Shown in pieces: positions 28,137 through 37,526 of a DNA stretch of 64,000 bases; the stretch's first letter is position 1, and each line of letters begins with the position of its first letter. The notes beneath the pieces are model-generated. The model made no database searches, was not told where the DNA came from, and saw nothing but the letters and a program-made list of their open reading frames with translations. Source of the stretch: Acidobacteriaceae bacterium (GTDB taxonomy: Bacteria > Acidobacteriota > Terriglobia > Terriglobales > Acidobacteriaceae); NCBI GenBank assembly GCA_035503835.1, contig DATJSY010000009.1, positions 3,130-67,129 of the forward strand, read 5' to 3'. The translations under genes were made by a program, and so were the position numbers.

Positions 28137-29576
28137 ATGGTGGTACAAGGGGACGTGGCGTTGCGTCGCAGGCACAGGGCGGAGTGGCGGGCGGTCGCGC
28201 TGATCCTGGCCGCGGGACTGGCGCAGCGGCTCTATTACCTCTTTCTGCCGGTCACGGTCGACGACGACACCGCTGCTTACACGCAACTGGCCCATAACTG
28301 GTTCCGTCACGGCGTGTACGGATTCGTTCATGCCGGCCACATCGTGCCCAGCCTGATCCGGCTGCCCGGCTATCCGCTGTTTCTGGGCGTGGTCTTCGCG
28401 GTCTTCGGGCCGGACAACATCCGCGCGGCGCTGATCCTGCAGGGGCTCATTGACCTGGGCGCCTGCTGGCTGCTGTTCGATTGCCTGCGGGCGGAAGTCT
28501 CCAGCCGAGCGGCGTGGGCCGGGTTGCTGCTGGCGGCCTTCTGCCCGTTCACCGCTGCCTATTCCGTTGACGGGATGACGGAAAGTCTGTCCATGGCCTG
28601 CATCAGCCTGGCCATCTGGTCGCTGGCGCGATTTGTTCGGGCCGCGCGGGCAGGACGCACCACTGTGGCTCCGCTGCTGGCTTTGGCCGCTGCGACCGGA
28701 TGCGCTACCCTGCTGCGTCCGGACGGGGTGCTGCTGCTCGTGGTCTTCGCCGCGGCGGCTTTCTGGTATGGGAGTGAGGGACTGGGCGTGGCGCGCTCGC
28801 TGCGGCTGGCCGTGTTCGCCGCGGCTCTGGCTGCGCTGCCGCTGGTGCCGTGGACGCTGCGCAACGAGCGGACCTTCCACCAGCTTCAGCCGCTTGCGCC
28901 GCGCGAAGCCAACAATCCCGGCGAGTTCACGCCCAGCGGCTTTCATCGCTGGCTGCGCACCTGGTCGATCGACTTTGTGGATACCGCAAACGTGGCGTGG
29001 AATCAGTCGGGCGTCATCGATCCGCAGGACATTCCTGCGCGCGCCTGTTCGACGGCGCAGGAGTGCAGCGAGACGATGGCGCTGATTGCCGAGCACAATC
29101 GGCTCCACGACGTGACGCCGGCACTCGACGCGCAGTTCGCCGCGCTGGCCGCGCAGAGGATACGCGAGCGTCCGTGGGATTATTACCTCGCGATGCCGGC
29201 GCTGCGCGTGGCCGACATGTGGCTGCGGCCGCGGACGGAGCTGTTCGACATCGATGACGACTGGTGGGCCTTCGCCGATCATCCGGCGGACAGCGTTATC
29301 GCCATCCTGCTGGGCCTGATGAATCTGGGCTACGTGGTGCTCGCTATTGTGGGCTTTGCGCGGCGGAGGGTTCCGCTGGCGGGCGCGCTGCTCGCCTACA
29401 TCCTGCTGCGCAGCGTGGTGTTGGCCACCATGCCGGATCCTGAGCAGCGCTACACGATGGAATACTTCCCCATGCTGATTCTGGCGGCGGCGTGCGTGTT
29501 TGCGGGCGATCGCAGGAACGCGGGCGAGGATGCGTCTGCCGCAGTGCCCGAAGTGCCGGCGGACACTGCAGCTTGA
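28137..29576 (+). CDS. GT-C-fold (ArnT/PMT/GT39-like) polytopic membrane glycosyltransferase, paralog 2
   Basis: DDDTAAYTQLAHNWFRHGVYG...LIRLPGYPLFL...LLRPDG...PWTLRN...ADMWLRPRTE aligns along its full length with the 23046-24437 product. Confidence 0.65.
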   Translation: MVVQGDVALRRRHRAEWRAVALILAAGLAQRLYYLFLPVTVDDDTAAYTQLAHNWFRHGVYGFVHAGHIVPSLIRLPGYPLFLGVVFAVFGPDNIRAALILQGLIDLGACWLLFDCLRAEVSSRAAWAGLLLAAFCPFTAAYSVDGMTESLSMACISLAIWSLARFVRAARAGRTTVAPLLALAAATGCATLLRPDGVLLLVVFAAAAFWYGSEGLGVARSLRLAVFAAALAALPLVPWTLRNERTFHQLQPLAPREANNPGEFTPSGFHRWLRTWSIDFVDTANVAWNQSGVIDPQDIPARACSTAQECSETMALIAEHNRLHDVTPALDAQFAALAAQRIRERPWDYYLAMPALRVADMWLRPRTELFDIDDDWWAFADHPADSVIAILLGLMNLGYVVLAIVGFARRRVPLAGALLAYILLRSVVLATMPDPEQRYTMEYFPMLILAAACVFAGDRRNAGEDASAAVPEVPADTAA

Positions 29577-29665
29577 AGCGAAATGCCCGTAATGCAGCGA
29601 AACCGCGCTGCCGATAGAATCGTGAAAGCACCTTACGAGAGCCAGCTTTGACGCCAACCACGGCC

Positions 29666-30667
29666 ATGACCTACCAGGAACTTCTGCTGCGCCTCCAGAA
29701 CTTCTGGGCGGAGCGGGGCTGCGTTCTGGCGCAGCCGTATGACGTGGAAGTGGGAGCGGGCACGATGTCGCCGGATACGTTTCTGCGCGTGCTCGGTCCC
29801 GATCCGGTGGCCATTGCCTACATGCAGCCCTCGCGGCGGCCTGCCGACGGGCGCTACGGCGAGAATCCGAATCGCCTGTACAAGCACACGCAGTTGCAGG
29901 TGATCCTGAAGCCGCCGCCCCGGGACATTCAGGAGATCTATCTGGACTCGCTGGAAGCGATCGGCATTCGTCTGCGCGAGCACGATATCAGGTTCGAGGA
30001 AGACAACTGGGAGTGGCCGGTGGGCGGCGCGTGGGGCGTGGGCTGGCAGGTGATGCTGGATGGCCTGGAGATCACGCAGTTCACTTATTTCCAGCAGTGC
30101 GGCGGCATGGACCTCGATCCGATCTCGGGGGAAATCACGTACGGCATGGAGCGCATTGCCGCGTTTCTGCAGGACGTGGAGTCGATTTACGACATTGTGT
30201 GGGCGCGCGATCCGAAGACCGGCCGCGCCATCACCTATGGCGAGGTTCGGCTGCAGGAGGAGCTGCAGTTGTCGGTGTACAACTTCGAGGCGGCGGACAT
30301 GAGCAGACTATGGGAGCACCTGCGGCTCTACGAGGCCGAATGTCAGGCGCTGCTGGACGAGTTCCACACGCGCTTCAGCCCCAAAGCTGAGAAAGCTGCC
30401 GAACGCCACGAGAAGATTCACGAGCGTCTGGTGCATGCGGAATCCGCCCCGCCGGCGGGCGAGGATTTGCGCGCGGCGCTGCGGCGGTTTCCGGTGCTGG
30501 GCGCGTATGAGCTGTGCCTGAAGTGCTCGCACCTGTTCAATCTGCTCGATGCGCGCGGGGCCATTTCGGTGACGGAGCGCGTCGCGGTGATGGCGCGGAT
30601 TCGCAACATGGTGGTGGGCGTGGCCAAAGCGTATGCGGCGCAGCGCCAGGGAACGGAGGCCGCGTAG
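29666..30667 (+). CDS. glyQ: Glycine--tRNA ligase alpha subunit
   Basis: [36 protein letters not shown]...[16 protein letters not shown]...[19 protein letters not shown]. Confidence 0.93.
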   Translation: MTYQELLLRLQNFWAERGCVLAQPYDVEVGAGTMSPDTFLRVLGPDPVAIAYMQPSRRPADGRYGENPNRLYKHTQLQVILKPPPRDIQEIYLDSLEAIGIRLREHDIRFEEDNWEWPVGGAWGVGWQVMLDGLEITQFTYFQQCGGMDLDPISGEITYGMERIAAFLQDVESIYDIVWARDPKTGRAITYGEVRLQEELQLSVYNFEAADMSRLWEHLRLYEAECQALLDEFHTRFSPKAEKAAERHEKIHERLVHAESAPPAGEDLRAALRRFPVLGAYELCLKCSHLFNLLDARGAISVTERVAVMARIRNMVVGVAKAYAAQRQGTEAA

Positions 30668-30669
30668 CC

Positions 30670-32784
30670 ATGCCGGATTTGCTGTTTGAAGCGGGGATGG
30701 AGGAGATTCCGGCGCGCATGATCGCGGCCGCCGAGGCGGAGCTGACCGAACGGGTGACGGCTTTGCTGCGGCGCGAACGGCTGCTGGGCGAGCCAAATGA
30801 AGTACACAGCTACTCCACGCCGCGGCGGCTGGCCGTGCAGGTGAGCGGGGTGCTGGAACGGCAGCCGGATGTCACTGAGCGGGTGACGGGCCCCGCGTGG
30901 GGTGTCGCGTTCAGAGAGGAGCAGCCCACGGCGGCGGCACAGGCCTTCGCGCGCAAAGCGGGTGTGGCCGTCGAGGCTCTGGAGAAGGTTGCGACCCCGA
31001 AGGGCGAATATGTATCTGCGACGGTGACACATAGCGGGCGCCGCGCCCCGGAAGTGCTGGGCGAGCGGCTGGCGGCGGAGCTGGCCGCGCTCTACTGGCC
31101 GAAGAATATGTACTGGCGCGCGGGGAAGCCGGAGCGCTTTGTGCGCCCCGTCCGCTGGATGGTCGCGATGCTGAATCATGAGGAGATTCCGGTGGAGTTC
31201 GCGGGCGTGCGTGCCGGCAGGCAGACCTTCGGGCATCCCATTCTGCACGGCAGCGAGCCGGTCGTCATCGACCACCCCGACGATTACCTGGGCGTCCTGG
31301 AGGCTGCGCAGGTGACGGCGGAGGTAGCGCTGCGGCGGCATCGCATCCGCAAGGCGCTCGACCAGGAGACGCGCGGCATTCCCGGCGCGCGCTGGCGCGA
31401 GGATGCCGCCCTGGTCGAAACTGTGACCCATTTGACGGAGTGGCCGTCGGTGGTGATGGGCAGCTTCGATCGCGAATACCTGACGCTGCCGGAAGAAGTG
31501 CTGGTGACCGTGATGCGCGACCACCAGAAGTATTTTGCGGTTGAAAATCCGAAGGGCAGGCTGGAGCCGTATTTTCTGGCGGTGCTGAATACCCATCCTG
31601 AGGAAACGGGCGCCGAGACCATTCGGCACGGCAACGAGCGCGTGCTGCGGGCGCGCTTCAACGACGCGCGGTTTTTCTGGGACGTCGATCAGAAGACGGC
31701 GCTCGAAGACCGCGTGGAGATGCTGAAGTCGGTCACGTTCCACAAGGAACTGGGCAGCTACCGGGACAAGACGCAGGCCAATCTGCGCATTGCGGAGAGC
31801 CTGGCCGGGACGCTGGCGGAGCGTGGCGTGTCGCTTGATGCGCAGGCGCTGAACCAGGCCGTCCGGGCGGCCAAGGCCGACCTGACCACGGAGCTGGTGA
31901 GGGAATTTACCGAGCTGCAGGGCATTGTGGGCGGTCTCTACGCGCGCGCGCAGGGACTGGGCGAGACGGTCGCGCAGGCGATCTACTGGCAGTACTCGCC
32001 GGCGGCGCTTGAGGACCCGATTCCGCCTGCCGTCGAGGGGCAGGTGCTCGGGCTGGCCGACCGTATCCAGACCATGGTCGCGATGTTCGGCATTGGCCTG
32101 GAGCCGACCGGATCGAAGGATCCCTTTGCGCTGCGCCGCGCCGCGAATGCGATTGTGAAGATTCTGGCCGAGTCAGAACTGCCGCTGACAATCTCCGATC
32201 TGCTCAGCGCTGTTGCCCCTGAGGCCGACATAAAAGCGAATCAGAGACTGGTTGCCTTCTTTGGCGAGCGAGTTGAGTTTTACCTGCGCGAGGCGCGTGG
32301 CTTTACCTACGACGTGGTGAACGCGGTCGTCGCAGCCGACGCGGACGATGTCCGCGACGCCATCGCGCGCGCCGATGCGCTCACCGCTGTGCGCGGCTCG
32401 GAGGACCTGGCGGCGATCTCCGCGGCCTTTAAGCGGATCAGGAATATTCTGCGTCAGGCCACCGAAAAAGGTATGATCGGTCCCGGCCGTGACTTTGGCT
32501 TCGCCACGATGGAAGACCACCTCCAGGAGCCAGCCGAACGGGCGCTCTTCGAGGAGGCGAGCAAGCTCATTCCGAAGGTTGAGGAACTCCGCCGCCGCCG
32601 GGAATATCGTCCGGCTCTCGAAGCAATCGCAACACTCCGTCCTCACGTCGATCTTTTCTTCGATAAGGTCATGGTCATGGTCGAAGATGCACCACTTCGT
32701 GACGTTCGCCTGAACCTGATTGGGTGGGTGCTCCAGACCTTTTCGCGCATCGCCGACTTCTCCGAACTGGTGTCCGCGTCATGA
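30670..32784 (+). CDS. glyS: Glycine--tRNA ligase beta subunit
   Basis: I used the internal ATG at 30670, 2 nt after the glyQ stop. MPDLLFEAGMEEIPARMI...STPRRLAV...DPFALRRAA. Confidence 0.92.
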   Translation: MPDLLFEAGMEEIPARMIAAAEAELTERVTALLRRERLLGEPNEVHSYSTPRRLAVQVSGVLERQPDVTERVTGPAWGVAFREEQPTAAAQAFARKAGVAVEALEKVATPKGEYVSATVTHSGRRAPEVLGERLAAELAALYWPKNMYWRAGKPERFVRPVRWMVAMLNHEEIPVEFAGVRAGRQTFGHPILHGSEPVVIDHPDDYLGVLEAAQVTAEVALRRHRIRKALDQETRGIPGARWREDAALVETVTHLTEWPSVVMGSFDREYLTLPEEVLVTVMRDHQKYFAVENPKGRLEPYFLAVLNTHPEETGAETIRHGNERVLRARFNDARFFWDVDQKTALEDRVEMLKSVTFHKELGSYRDKTQANLRIAESLAGTLAERGVSLDAQALNQAVRAAKADLTTELVREFTELQGIVGGLYARAQGLGETVAQAIYWQYSPAALEDPIPPAVEGQVLGLADRIQTMVAMFGIGLEPTGSKDPFALRRAANAIVKILAESELPLTISDLLSAVAPEADIKANQRLVAFFGERVEFYLREARGFTYDVVNAVVAADADDVRDAIARADALTAVRGSEDLAAISAAFKRIRNILRQATEKGMIGPGRDFGFATMEDHLQEPAERALFEEASKLIPKVEELRRRREYRPALEAIATLRPHVDLFFDKVMVMVEDAPLRDVRLNLIGWVLQTFSRIADFSELVSAS

Positions 32785-33491
32785 GCCCTGCGAATCGGCC
32801 GCGTTCCCGCGGTAACCCCAGGCAGAAGCCACAGAAGACCTGGGTAGCCGTCGAAGATTACATGGATGGGCTGCTCATTCCGCCCGATTCCGCGCTGGAT
32901 GCCGCGCGGGAGGCGAGCTCCGCCGCGGGTCTGCCGGATATCGCGGTCACTCCAGGACAGGGCAAATTTCTGCATCTGCTGGCGCGGATGCGCGGAGCGC
33001 GGCACATCCTCGAAATTGGCACGCTCGGCGGCTACAGCACTATCTGGCTGGCCCGGGCGCTGCCCGCCAACGGGCGGCTGATCACGCTCGAAGCCGAGGC
33101 GAAGCACTGCGAAGTGGCCCGCGCCAACCTCCTGCGCGCCGGCGTGGGCGGGCGCGTGGACCTGCGGCTGGGCGAGGCTCTCGATCTGCTGCCGGAGCTG
33201 GCGGCTGAAGGTCCGGAGCCCTTCGACTTTGTCTTCATCGACGCCGACAAGGAAAACACCGCGGAGTATTTTGGCTGGGCGGTGCGGCTGTCGTGCGCCG
33301 GTGCGGTGATCGTGGTCGACAACGTCGTGCGCGACGGCGAAGTGGCCAATGCGAACACGACCGATTCGCGCGTGGAGGGGATTCGGCTCTTCCTGGATGC
33401 GGCGGCGGCCGAGCCGCGGGTCAGCGCGACCAGTCTGCAGACCGTGGGCAGCAAGGGCTACGACGGATTCACGCTGGCGCTGGTGAACTAA
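32781..33491 (+). CDS. Class I SAM-dependent O-methyltransferase (caffeoyl-CoA OMT-like)
   Basis: The ATG overlaps the glyS stop as ATGA. ILEIGTLGGYSTIWLA...FDFVFIDADKENT...VVDNV. Confidence 0.8.
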   Translation: MSPANRPRSRGNPRQKPQKTWVAVEDYMDGLLIPPDSALDAAREASSAAGLPDIAVTPGQGKFLHLLARMRGARHILEIGTLGGYSTIWLARALPANGRLITLEAEAKHCEVARANLLRAGVGGRVDLRLGEALDLLPELAAEGPEPFDFVFIDADKENTAEYFGWAVRLSCAGAVIVVDNVVRDGEVANANTTDSRVEGIRLFLDAAAAEPRVSATSLQTVGSKGYDGFTLALVN

Positions 33492-33799
33492 ACCCGATCG
33501 CGCAGAAGGGCGGCCAGAATACGCGGATTGCGTCGTCCGTGCAGGACCGCAACAATCCAGACTGGCGTCTCGTCGGGCGCATAGGCGATCAGGTACTCGC
33601 GGACGATATGGAAACGCAGCGGGGCGGATGCGAGATCCGGGCGCGCATGGCCCATTTGCGGAAACTGAGCCAGAGTTGCGAATTCCTGGAACAGCTCGTC
33701 CATCATGCGATCGGCTGCGTCCGGATTTTCGTACGCAATGTATTCCCGGGTCTCATCGATGTCCGCGAATGCACCTCTGTGAAGCGCGAACCGGCTCAC
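33488..33799 (-). CDS. parE: ParE/RelE-family type II toxin
   Basis: The GTG start overlaps the parD stop as GTGA. ADIDETREYIAYENPDAADRMMDELFQEFATLAQFPQMG..RPDL...LRFHIVREYLIAYAPDET.VWIVAVLHGRR. Confidence 0.8.
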   Translation of the reverse strand: MSRFALHRGAFADIDETREYIAYENPDAADRMMDELFQEFATLAQFPQMGHARPDLASAPLRFHIVREYLIAYAPDETPVWIVAVLHGRRNPRILAALLRDRV

Positions 33800-34041
33800 G
33801 TGTGGCGGCGCTTTGCTTCGGTGCGTTCTTTCAGCAGGCGTAAAGCCTCGTCTCCATCGATCAGGTCCGTTTTCCCGCTCCGGAGACTCTCAAAGCGGTT
33901 GTCGAGCAGCTCACGCGTCCGAGCCAGCTCTTCGAAATAGCCCGCCATCGCGTCCGCGATCAGTTCTTCCGGATCGCGGCCCGTTTGTGCAGCCCATTCT
34001 TCCAGCCGCGCGGACAAATTCGAACGAAGGCTTACATCCAT
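33796..34041 (-). CDS. parD: ParD-like type II antitoxin
   Basis: This is an 81-aa helical protein located immediately upstream of parE. The family call rests mainly on position and size. Confidence 0.6.
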   Translation of the reverse strand: MDVSLRSNLSARLEEWAAQTGRDPEELIADAMAGYFEELARTRELLDNRFESLRSGKTDLIDGDEALRLLKERTEAKRRHT

Positions 34042-34047
34042 ACGAGC

Positions 34048-34076
34048 AGCGTAAGGGCGCGATCCTAGGGTGTCAA
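34048..34076 (-). promoter_or_regulatory. Sigma70-like promoter for parDE (TTGACA-17 nt-TACGCT), predicting a leaderless parD mRNA
   Basis: The minus strand reads TTGACA CCCTAGGATCGCGCCCT TACGCT GCTCGT ATG. The -35 hexamer contains the TGA stop of the upstream alcohol dehydrogenase gene. Confidence 0.4.
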
Positions 34077-35071
34077 GGAGCGATCACCGCGGCTCCGTCG
34101 ATCCGATCCTCGGCCACGGCGAGCAGTGCCTCATTGGCCTTTTCCAGCGGAAAGACGGTCGTGCGGGGGCGAATGCCGATCTGCCGCGCGAGCGCCACAA
34201 AATCGCGAGCATCGTCGCGGGTCATGTTGGCTACGCTGCGCAGTTGGCGCTCGCCCCACAGCAGGCGGTCGTAGTCGAACTGCGGCATCCGGTCCAGGTG
34301 GATCGCGTTGATGGCGACATTGCCGCCCTTGCGCAGCGAGGCCAGCGCGGCCAGAACCACGTCGCCGCTGGGCGCGAAGGTCACGGCGCAGTCGAGCGGG
34401 ACCGGAGGCCGATCCGTGGCGTCGCCCACCCACGTCGCTCCCAGGCTGCGCGCCAGTTGCTGGTGCGACGCTCCGCGCGTCGAAACGTAGACTTCGCACT
34501 TCCAGAACTTCAGCACTTCGATGGCGAGATGCGCGGAGGCTCCAAAGCCGAAGAGGCCGACGCGGTCGCCGGGCTGAGCCTCGACCACGCGCAGGCTGCG
34601 GAACCCGATGATGCCGGCGCAGAGCAGCGGCGCGAGATCCGTGGCAGGCGGCTGCTCCGGCAGGGGAATCAGAAAGTCCGCGCGCGCCACCGCGTACTCC
34701 GCATAGCCGCCGTTTACGGAGTAGCCGGTGAAGGTGGGATGGTCGCAGAGATTTTCCCGCCCTCTGCGGCAAAGCGGGCAGGTTCCATCCACGCCGCCCA
34801 GCCAGGAGACGCCGGCGCGAGCACCCACGCGAACATCGCCTCCGCTCGCGCCCAGCTTCCCGACGCGTCCGACAATCTGATGGCCGGGAATGACGGCGTC
34901 GCCCAGGGGAGGAAGTTCGCCGGCGGTGATGTGGAGATCGGTGCGGCAGACGCCGCAGGCTTCGACCTTCAGCAAAACTTCGCCGGGACCCGGCTCAGGG
35001 ACGGGCAGGTTCTCCACGGTCAGCGGACGGCTTGCGATCGGCGCGGGATGATGGAGGACGACGGCGCGCAT
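34073..35071 (-). CDS. Zinc-binding alcohol dehydrogenase (MDR family)
   Basis: GEVLLKVEACGVCRTDLHITAGE...GHQIVG...LFGFGASAH. Confidence 0.88.
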   Translation of the reverse strand: MRAVVLHHPAPIASRPLTVENLPVPEPGPGEVLLKVEACGVCRTDLHITAGELPPLGDAVIPGHQIVGRVGKLGASGGDVRVGARAGVSWLGGVDGTCPLCRRGRENLCDHPTFTGYSVNGGYAEYAVARADFLIPLPEQPPATDLAPLLCAGIIGFRSLRVVEAQPGDRVGLFGFGASAHLAIEVLKFWKCEVYVSTRGASHQQLARSLGATWVGDATDRPPVPLDCAVTFAPSGDVVLAALASLRKGGNVAINAIHLDRMPQFDYDRLLWGERQLRSVANMTRDDARDFVALARQIGIRPRTTVFPLEKANEALLAVAEDRIDGAAVIAP

Positions 35072-35120
35072 TTCTTATATGAGATTAGCTCCGGCGCACC
35101 GTCCGACGCGAACTGGCGCG

Positions 35121-35504
35121 CTACGCCGCTTCCGGCATTTGCGTGATGGAGAGCACGTTGCCGTCGGGATCGCGGAACCAGGCAACGCGGGCGCCGCCAG
35201 GAGCGCTCCACAAGCCCAGCTCGTCCTGCTCCATGCCGGAATAGCGCTCGAAGTGCACGCCGGCAGCGGAGAGCCTGCGCGCCGCGGCTGCTGCGTCCGA
35301 GACCTGCCAGCCGAGCACGGTGAATCGCTGTGGCTGGAATTCCCCTACCAGCGTCGCGCGCAGGGGCACGCCATTGATTTCGAAAACAAGCGCGAAGCGG
35401 TCCTCGCTGAGGAGCCGCAGGCCCAGTGTGTCGCGATAGAACGAGCGCGACCGATCCGCCTCGCGGATGGGCACGAAGGCCACCAGTTGTTCGCTTCGCA
35501 GCAT
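35121..35504 (-). CDS. VOC (glyoxalase/bleomycin-resistance) family protein
   Basis: FVPIREADRSRSFYRDTLGLRLL...WFRDPDGNVLSI. Confidence 0.8.
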   Translation of the reverse strand: MLRSEQLVAFVPIREADRSRSFYRDTLGLRLLSEDRFALVFEINGVPLRATLVGEFQPQRFTVLGWQVSDAAAAARRLSAAGVHFERYSGMEQDELGLWSAPGGARVAWFRDPDGNVLSITQMPEAA

Positions 35505-35527
35505 ACGATCCTCCCACTGCCGGTGCT

Positions 35528-36292
35528 CTACATCCCGGGTTTCAGCTCCTGCGCCAGGAATTTCCGCTCCCGCGCTTTGGCATTCGCGGTGTCGGCGGGG
35601 CGGTAGCCGGTCTTGTTGTCAGGGTTCTGGAAGGCATGGCCGGCGTCGGGATAAATCTTCACATCGATGCTCTTGCCCAGGGACTGCATGCTGGCTGCGA
35701 AGGCGTGGACGTCGGCGGGCGTGATGCCCTGATCGAGTCCTCCGAAGTTTCCCAGCACGGCAGCATGAATACGCTCCAGCGACGTGCGATCCGTGGGCAG
35801 CTCGCCGTAGTTGATGACCACCGCGCGCAGATTCGGGTCGGCGATCGCCAGTTGCGCCGCGTAGCCGCCGCCCATGCACCAGCCGACGGCGCCGATGCGA
35901 TGCGGATCGACGTCCCTGCGGCGCGAGAGAAAGGCCACGGCCCCGGTCAGGTTCTCGATGCTGCGCTCCTGCGACAGGCCGCTCATCAACTGATACGCCG
36001 TGTTGGGATTGTTCGTTACCTGGCCGCTGTACAAATCCACCGCCAGCGTGACGTAGCCCTGGCGCGCGAAGTCCTGCGCCTGATCCTTCACCCAGTCGGT
36101 CAGGCCCCACCACTCGTGGATGACCACGAGCGCCGGATGCACGCCCGAGCCCGATGGCAGATAGAGGAGCCCATGCACGGTTTCCGTGCCACTGGACCAG
36201 CCGACTTGCTGCGCGATCTGCGCACGAGCGGGGCTGCCGGCGGCCAGCATGCCGACGACCAGCAGGGCCGGGAAAAGATTCCCGCGGTTCAT
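35528..36292 (-). CDS. Dienelactone hydrolase family protein, secreted
   Basis: I used the internal ATG at 36290-36292, which has AGGAGG upstream. The signal peptide is MNRGNLFPALLVVGMLAAGSPARA. PALVVIHEWWGLTDWVKDQA...GAVGWCMGG...DAGHAF. Confidence 0.85.
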   Translation of the reverse strand: MNRGNLFPALLVVGMLAAGSPARAQIAQQVGWSSGTETVHGLLYLPSGSGVHPALVVIHEWWGLTDWVKDQAQDFARQGYVTLAVDLYSGQVTNNPNTAYQLMSGLSQERSIENLTGAVAFLSRRRDVDPHRIGAVGWCMGGGYAAQLAIADPNLRAVVINYGELPTDRTSLERIHAAVLGNFGGLDQGITPADVHAFAASMQSLGKSIDVKIYPDAGHAFQNPDNKTGYRPADTANAKARERKFLAQELKPGM

Positions 36293-36565
36293 AGGGAACC
36301 TCCTGAGGAACCTACCTGTATCGCAGAAAACGGCGGGATGAGCAAGCGCCGGGGCAAAAACGGGAACGGGCGCGCATCCGTGGCCCGGATTTTCACATCG
36401 CACTGGGGAGGACTGGTCAGCTGGCGGGGGCCCACGTTGCCGGAGCGAGGCATTTCCCGAGCCGGGGAAGACACTGCGGTTTCCGAGGCGCCGCGGCCTG
36501 TCGGCACCATGCGAGCGGCGCGTCGTCTGCGCCGGCGGCAAACGTTTCGGTGCCGGACGCACCGC

Positions 36566-37492
36566 GTGCGGCGGCGATGGCGCGAGACAAAATGCCTGAT
36601 CCGCATTGTCGGCCGGGAGCTGCTCCGGACAAAAGTCATCGATTCCGCATCAGGGCTGGCGTTTTGGTTCATGCTCTAGATGGCGCCGCTGCTGATGGCG
36701 GTGATCGCGCTGGTCTCGCTGCTGCCCATCCCGGGCCTGATTCCGCAGTTGCTGGCGGAAGTGGCGATCCTGGTGCCGGCCAACTCGCTGGCCATGGTTG
36801 AAAACCTGCTGGGGAAGGTGCTGCAGCCGCACACCGGAATTCTTTCCTTTGGGATCCTGAGCTACATCTGGTCGTGCACCGGTGGCTTCACCTCCATGAT
36901 CTCCGCGCTGAACGTCGCCTACGACGTGAAGGTGGAGCGCTCGTGGGTCCAGGACCGCATCCGCGCCCTGATCCTCACCTTCACCAGCGGAATCCTGCTC
37001 AGCATCTCGCTGCTGGCCATCGTGGCCGGCCCGCATTTTGGGCACATCGTCGGCGAGGTCGTTCAGATTCCCGGGTTTGTGGAGAGGCTGTGGCCGACCA
37101 TCCGCATCGCCACCGTATTCGTTACATTCGCGATTGGGCTGGAGATCGCGTACTTCCTGGCCCCCAACCGGCGGCAGCGATTTTCGTCCACGATTCCTGG
37201 TTCGATCGTGGCGATCGTCCTGTGGTTCGGCGGATCCTTTGCGCTGAGCTTCTACCTCGACCACGGCGCGGATTATTCGCAGCTCTACGGCGGCCTGGGC
37301 GCGGTCTTCGGTCTCATTTTCTGGATTTACCTGACGGCGCTGGCGATTCTGATCGGCGGCGAGGTGAATGCTGAGCTTGCGAAACACCGCGACGCGCTGT
37401 TTCGCGGACACCTGAAGCAGACCGTCGACGAGATGGAGCGGCCGGCCAGGGAGGACGCGGAGCGCCGGACTTTCAGACAGCCGGCGGTCTAA
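36566..37492 (+). pseudogene. YihY/BrkB-family membrane protein gene interrupted by an in-frame TAG at 36677-36679
   Basis: The track ORFs 35426-36679 and 36680-37492 are in the same frame. The reading ..GRELLRTKVIDSASGLAFWFML*MAPLLMAVIALVSLLPIPG.. is continuous with the YihY first TM helix. Downstream, GILSYIWSCTGGFTSMISALNVAYDV is the family core. The 5' start at GTG 36566 is tentative. Confidence 0.65.
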
Positions 37493-37526
37493 CGGCCTGC
37501 CATCCGCCATGAATCAGAAAGTGGGA

